Assembly: GCA_009859145.1 (NCBI GenBank)
Contig: VRVR01000042.1
Span: 62,001 to 126,000, forward strand
Direction of reading: 5' to 3'
DNA from: Andalucia godoyi And28
Taxonomy: Eukaryota; Protista; Jakobida
Length of the DNA stretch: 64,000 bases
Below the pieces are notes generated by a model. That model made no database searches. It worked only from the letters and a program-made list of their open reading frames with translations, and was not told the origin of the DNA. Shown in pieces: positions 59,461-64,000 of this stretch. Position 1 is the stretch's first letter. Every line of letters begins with the position of its first letter. A program made the position numbers and the translations under genes.

Positions 59461-62334
59461 ATGGCTTATTACTCTGACGATCCAAGGGTTTCCGCCTTTG
59501 AGCCTCTTCCAGCACCGTGGTCCGCGACGAATAATCACAATCATAATTACAATATCAATAATGATCATCTTTATAATAATGATGATAATGATAATGGCGA
59601 TGATGATGCTGCTGCTGCTGTTGTTGTTAACGAAGGTCGTGATGATGATGCGGACTGGAATCGATTGCTGCGAGATTCCATGACCATTCGCGTTCCTGCC
59701 CACACGCTGTCTCCGTCGTCGTTCCAGGTGCAGCAATTCAAAAAGATCGTCGCAAGTGCACAGAGAGAGATTCCTTCGTTGCTGCAGAAAAGGACTACCG
59801 AGGGCGCGTCTCCGTTTTCACCGAACAGCAGACACGGCGGCATTCGACACGGTGAAACTGCGATTAACAAGCAACGAGCTGTGATGAACTCGGAAAGACG
59901 GAAGCATATGGAAAAGGCAGAGAAGAACTCAAAAGATAGACGAACGAGAATTATGGAGTCGACTTCGTTGCATGGGCTCTATCATCACCCGCTTCCAAAG
60001 TTTTATGAATCCAGACCAAGACCAAATGTTGCGCATCAGTACACCGCAGACGAGTTTCTTAGACGCGTTTCATCGGATAAACGCGACTCTCCGAATTCAA
60101 GTACGCGGTCACCATCATCTGCTGCTCCCTCGAGGGAGATTATCGAACCGGTGGACCAAAAAAGTGGAACAGAAACAGAAACAGAAGAAGAATTGCATGA
60201 AATGAGTACCAAGCTGATGTTCGTCACTCCGGACAAGACTCTGCCGCCGCCTCCAATGCCTCCTGCGCCTCCTTCGTCTGCTTCTTCACAAGATGCCTCT
60301 ACATCGTCGTCTAGCCCCCGAGCGGGTGGTCGAGTCATGCGTCGTGCCTCCGTGTACTCCTTGTTCTCTCCTCGAAGCGCACTTGCCAGTCCTGGAAGCC
60401 AGACGCTTCCTCCGCCGCCTTTGCACCCAGTCGAGAATCCAGCTACCGATGCCTCGTCGCAACGTTCTGCAGTGTCTCCTGTTGCAGTCCGAACTTTCCG
60501 AAATAACGATACACGATCCGATGATGCTGCGCTGGTGTCGTCATCTCACTCGGATCAGGGAAACGTTGCATCCTCCAATGTCAAGGAGGAGCCGCTCGGG
60601 CCGGTCTCCCCTGTTCTGCCGGTTCCAACGCGAGCCGCTCCATTGCCCCCACCGGCGGTTCCCGTGCACGATGCACATTCCTCCTCGACCCATCCGGCTG
60701 TTGCATCTTTTGCAAAGCCCACAGAACAGCTCACAGAGCAGCCCGCAGAGCAGCCCGCAGAGAAGCCTGCAGAGAAGCCTGCAGAACAGGTCACAGAGCA
60801 GCCCGCTGAGAAGCCTGCAGAGAAGCCTGCAGAGAAGCCTGCAGAGAAGCCTGCAGAGAAGCCTGCAGAGAAGCCCGCAGAGAAGCCTGCAGAGAAGCCT
60901 GCAGAGAAGCCTGCAGAGAAGCCTGCAGAGAAGCCTGCAGAGAAGCCCGCAGAACAGCCCGTGGTTCGTTCTCCAATTGCTGTGGATTCCGGTTTTATGT
61001 CAGCTCGAACGGGAAGTGAAGGCCCACTTTCCATGCAAATGGTATTGCCAGCAACCCAGAATGTCGTCATTGCGAGTTCACCACCCATGTCTCCCATGAT
61101 TTTATCTGGTCCCTCTTCTCCGTCGAGTTCGCTTGCTTCTCCTCGCTCTTCAGATGCTGCAGACATTCCCACCGCACATTTGAATCTTGCGGACACGCAG
61201 CCGAGTCTTTCCAGCGACGCCTCCGAGAAGGTGGCAGATTTCCCAGATCATGGGGCATCCGAGAGCAACCGTAACCACATTGGCGCATCACCAAACATCC
61301 CGTCCGTAGACATCGATCCTTTTTTACCGCCCGATCAGCTTGACAGCATAGCTTCCTACTCGCCCTTGGCATCGCCTGTGTCGACACCGACAGCAGTGCG
61401 GTCTTCATCTCCGGAAGTCGAAAGCACGGCTGTTGTCCAGACTACTTCATTGCAAGAGTGTGATTCCATACTTTCAAAAGAATCGACGACGATGACAAAT
61501 GGACGTGCTGCGTCTCCTTCTCGTCCTCTTCCTTGTCCTTCTTCTCCTTCTGCTTCTGCTTCTTTGACACAGTCTGGATCTCATTTCGCAGTGCCGTCTC
61601 CTTTGACTGTTCCCGTTTCTGTTTCCGAGGATTCCGAACTTCTTGTCCAACACGCTCCGTTGTTGCCACACACTGTATCCTCGTTGCTGCCCCCGCCGCC
61701 CATGGTGCCGTCTGTTGCCGAGGATGCTTCAACTCTTGCTCCAGCTCCAGCTCCAGCTCCAGCTGCAGCTGCAGCTGCAAGAACAACTCATGCTTCTGCT
61801 TCCTCCTCCTCCTCATCATCATCATCAGCCTCCGCCCCTGTCGAACCGTCAAACGATGTTCTGAGCGAGGTTGACATGTCGAAGTTGTCTGCCAAGGACA
61901 GAGTGCGTCTCCGACTCGAGCAACGAAGAAGAAATCGCACGGACACAGTGTTTGTGGAGGAGTTCAAGATTGAACAGTCAACAGGAACTGCTGCCATCTC
62001 CAATCCAGCAGACACGACGCCGTCCTCCACGGATAACCGATCCTCTGCATCCCGCTTGGCGACGATTACGACGGCAACGGCTCCTGTGAACGGTTCGGAT
62101 GTTGTCGACCCTGCAGAACTGAAGCGTCAAGAATTGCGACAGCGAATTCGCGATCGAGTGTCTTCCAACGTTCCTGCAGCGCCTACAGATCGGTCTGAAA
62201 CACCTCCGCGGTCTCCAAGATCAGTCTCGTTTCACTCTCCCGAGTATGTTGTTTCTCCGGCAGAAACTACACGCCGTGGCTCTCCGCTCTCTGATCGACA
62301 CATTTCTTCACCTGTCTATACGAGCACTGATTGA
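59461..62334 (+). CDS. Pro/Ser-rich low-complexity protein with PAEK tetrapeptide array
   Basis: 957-codon ORF; polyproline stretches; basic helical patches near both ends. Confidence 0.7.
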   Translation: MAYYSDDPRVSAFEPLPAPWSATNNHNHNYNINNDHLYNNDDNDNGDDDAAAAVVVNEGRDDDADWNRLLRDSMTIRVPAHTLSPSSFQVQQFKKIVASAQREIPSLLQKRTTEGASPFSPNSRHGGIRHGETAINKQRAVMNSERRKHMEKAEKNSKDRRTRIMESTSLHGLYHHPLPKFYESRPRPNVAHQYTADEFLRRVSSDKRDSPNSSTRSPSSAAPSREIIEPVDQKSGTETETEEELHEMSTKLMFVTPDKTLPPPPMPPAPPSSASSQDASTSSSSPRAGGRVMRRASVYSLFSPRSALASPGSQTLPPPPLHPVENPATDASSQRSAVSPVAVRTFRNNDTRSDDAALVSSSHSDQGNVASSNVKEEPLGPVSPVLPVPTRAAPLPPPAVPVHDAHSSSTHPAVASFAKPTEQLTEQPAEQPAEKPAEKPAEQVTEQPAEKPAEKPAEKPAEKPAEKPAEKPAEKPAEKPAEKPAEKPAEKPAEKPAEQPVVRSPIAVDSGFMSARTGSEGPLSMQMVLPATQNVVIASSPPMSPMILSGPSSPSSSLASPRSSDAADIPTAHLNLADTQPSLSSDASEKVADFPDHGASESNRNHIGASPNIPSVDIDPFLPPDQLDSIASYSPLASPVSTPTAVRSSSPEVESTAVVQTTSLQECDSILSKESTTMTNGRAASPSRPLPCPSSPSASASLTQSGSHFAVPSPLTVPVSVSEDSELLVQHAPLLPHTVSSLLPPPPMVPSVAEDASTLAPAPAPAPAAAAAARTTHASASSSSSSSSSASAPVEPSNDVLSEVDMSKLSAKDRVRLRLEQRRRNRTDTVFVEEFKIEQSTGTAAISNPADTTPSSTDNRSSASRLATITTATAPVNGSDVVDPAELKRQELRQRIRDRVSSNVPAAPTDRSETPPRSPRSVSFHSPEYVVSPAETTRRGSPLSDRHISSPVYTSTD
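60718..60960 (+). repeat. Coding 12-bp minisatellite encoding about 20 PAEK/PAEQ/xTEQ units
   Basis: Unit gcagagaagcct, including 12 consecutive PAEK units at 60802-60945. Confidence 0.95.
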
Positions 62335-62591
62335 TTGATTGTCCATCCGAAATTGGACTGAAGTGAAGTGAACTGAACTGAACTGAACAGACGCAATGTA
62401 ATTTTCCACACACAAATAAAACATAGCATCTAATACGATTTTATTGTTTTGTACAGTCAAAAACAAACAATGAAGACATTTCCTCACAATGCAAAAAAGA
62501 GTGCACCAGAGAAAATGAACGGGGGAATTCGCCACGCACGAACATGAAAGAGAGAGAAGAGATATTATGAAAAACTGTCAATGCACGGTGA

Positions 62592-64000
62592 TCATTCAGC
62601 ATCATCATATTCCGTCGTTGTCTTTGCTTTTGCTTTTGCCTTGCGCTTTGGAGGAGCCGAAGCAGCAGCCGGCTTCTCATCCAAATTGACGTCTTCCATC
62701 TTGGCTGGTGAATATCCCCGTTCGACATCGTCATCACCTGCGACTGCGGACGGTTCGCGCATCCGCTGTTCAGCACTCACTTGCGGACGAGTTTCGGAGC
62801 GGACACGAGCACCAGATTCCTGACGGGGTCTGAATTCCGCGCCAGCCTCAGGATCTTCAGATGTCACAAACAAACCGCGATTTTCTTCGCGTGCAGTTCG
62901 AGCAGATGCATGCGAAGATGGATCAGAAGGAGATTCAATTCCAGTGTCTGTAATCTGAGCAACCATTCCCGGAGTTTGGCCATAATCTTTGTGCGCCTTA
63001 CGCTTTGAGGGAAGATAAAAGTACGCGAGGACATACACGTACAAGTTGATCACAGTCCAGAACACCAAAAAGGTAGCAGAATTGCCCTGATTTTCGTTGC
63101 CGTCTCGTGTGACATAGACCGAAAAAATGAGTCCGCCGACGACAATCATGAACACAATAAACGACAGTCCAAAAAGGGCCTTGAAGCGCCTGCGCATTCC
63201 GACCTTGACTTGGAAGTCTTCATCGTCTTCGAGGTTTCCCTGCAAATTGCGGTCGTCCTTGTGCTGCTCCTTGAGTTCTCGCAGACGACGTTTGGCGGCT
63301 TCCTTTTGAGCAGCCGAGGCACCAACAGCACGGAACACGCTGTACATGAGGTAGAAGACGTAGATAAAGGCGAGGATAATGCCAATTACGCGGATAGCAA
63401 CATACGAGTTCACCGAGTCTTTCGCAGAGTCTGTGGTGGGGTCATTCACAGCCTGGTAGCGTTCCATGATGTACCACGCTGTCACGAAGGCGAAAATCAA
63501 AAGCATCAAGAAGATCTTGGGCGCGTAGAAGAAAAAGCCACGGCGGCTTGGCGGGACATACACCATGTTGAGCATGACAAGCCAAAAGAGGAGCAGAGAG
63601 CACACAAAGTTGACGATCAAGAAGATGTCCAAAATGGGAAACGCAAAGCCTTCGACGAAGAAGTTTGCAGCGAAGAAGGGGTTGTTGAAACCAATCAATG
63701 CAATCAGCAGAAACAGAATCCACTTCTGCTCTGTCTGTCTCACATGGCGATACTTCCAAAGCTTGGCAGAAGTGTAGAACAGCGACAGCAAGTTAAACAC
63801 GAGGAACGAGTATCGGAAGCCAATTTGGAACACCGAGAAGTCCGCGCGATAGTATGAAACCTTGAATGTCAGATCTCCCACGTTGGAGCCGAGAGTGTCC
63901 AGAGTCCGAAAGCCAAAGGTGGTCCATACCTGATAATGCGAGTACTCCAGAAACGGCTCAAACGCAATATCCACACGCTCGCAGCTCGATGCACCGTCGT
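62592..64000 (-). CDS. TMEM181-like (Wntless-related) multi-pass membrane protein, 5' end beyond window
   Basis: YSHYQV, VGDLTF, F...QIGFRY.FL, EQKW...LL..LIGFNNPFF, F...LLLFWL, FYAPKI, FL.F....NLYV..LAY.YLPS. The frame stays open to the window edge. Confidence 0.85.
   Translation of the reverse strand, partial: DGASSCERVDIAFEPFLEYSHYQVWTTFGFRTLDTLGSNVGDLTFKVSYYRADFSVFQIGFRYSFLVFNLLSLFYTSAKLWKYRHVRQTEQKWILFLLIALIGFNNPFFAANFFVEGFAFPILDIFLIVNFVCSLLLFWLVMLNMVYVPPSRRGFFFYAPKIFLMLLIFAFVTAWYIMERYQAVNDPTTDSAKDSVNSYVAIRVIGIILAFIYVFYLMYSVFRAVGASAAQKEAAKRRLRELKEQHKDDRNLQGNLEDDEDFQVKVGMRRRFKALFGLSFIVFMIVVGGLIFSVYVTRDGNENQGNSATFLVFWTVINLYVYVLAYFYLPSKRKAHKDYGQTPGMVAQITDTGIESPSDPSSHASARTAREENRGLFVTSEDPEAGAEFRPRQESGARVRSETRPQVSAEQRMREPSAVAGDDDVERGYSPAKMEDVNLDEKPAAASAPPKRKAKAKAKTTTEYDDAE

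Noticed and set aside
60718-60960. Tandem arrays (also 48490-48572) as CRISPR-like arrays
   Set aside because: Head-to-tail units without unique spacers, in a eukaryotic context.
1-64000. tRNA, rRNA or spliceosomal snRNA genes
   Set aside because: No T-arm (GTTCGA(A/G)TC) in a cloverleaf context and no conserved rRNA or U1/U2/U6 strings found by eye; a covariance-model scan would be needed to exclude them.

Overview
Gene-dense, intron-poor nuclear DNA (about 48-50% GC, standard genetic code) from a eukaryote, probably a flagellated, aerobic heterotrophic protist. This is inferred from NDUFS5, a CCDC81-like gene, a NEK kinase and secreted hydrolases; the species cannot be determined from the sequence. 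About 35 protein genes are supported, including RAD18, a GH31 glycosidase, an RNI-type LRR protein, an MFS and two EamA transporters, a METTL2/6-like methyltransferase, NDUFS5, SERINC, cathepsin L, RPS15, RPLP2, ZNF598, BAG6-like, PITH, CTDNEP1-like and TMEM181-like genes. Three genes have inferred GT-AG introns. The main unexplained signal is four mutually related, degenerate Fanzor2/TnpB-type RNA-guided nuclease relics in intergenic gaps (about 1.6-2.1, 11.8-12.1, 14.6-15.0 and 58.9-59.2 kb). All four keep the 3' RuvC/Zn-finger coding remnant plus a conserved, structured 3' segment that looks like an omegaRNA scaffold and element right end. Other highlights: a dual-guide box C/D snoRNA in the RPS15 intron, a candidate GON7 (KEOPS subunit), a RAD18 with a C-terminal WW-like domain, a second dispersed repeat family, and a 2.1 kb complex but ORF-poor segment. 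No tRNA, rRNA or CRISPR array was seen. All family assignments come from motif recognition by eye, not from database searches.
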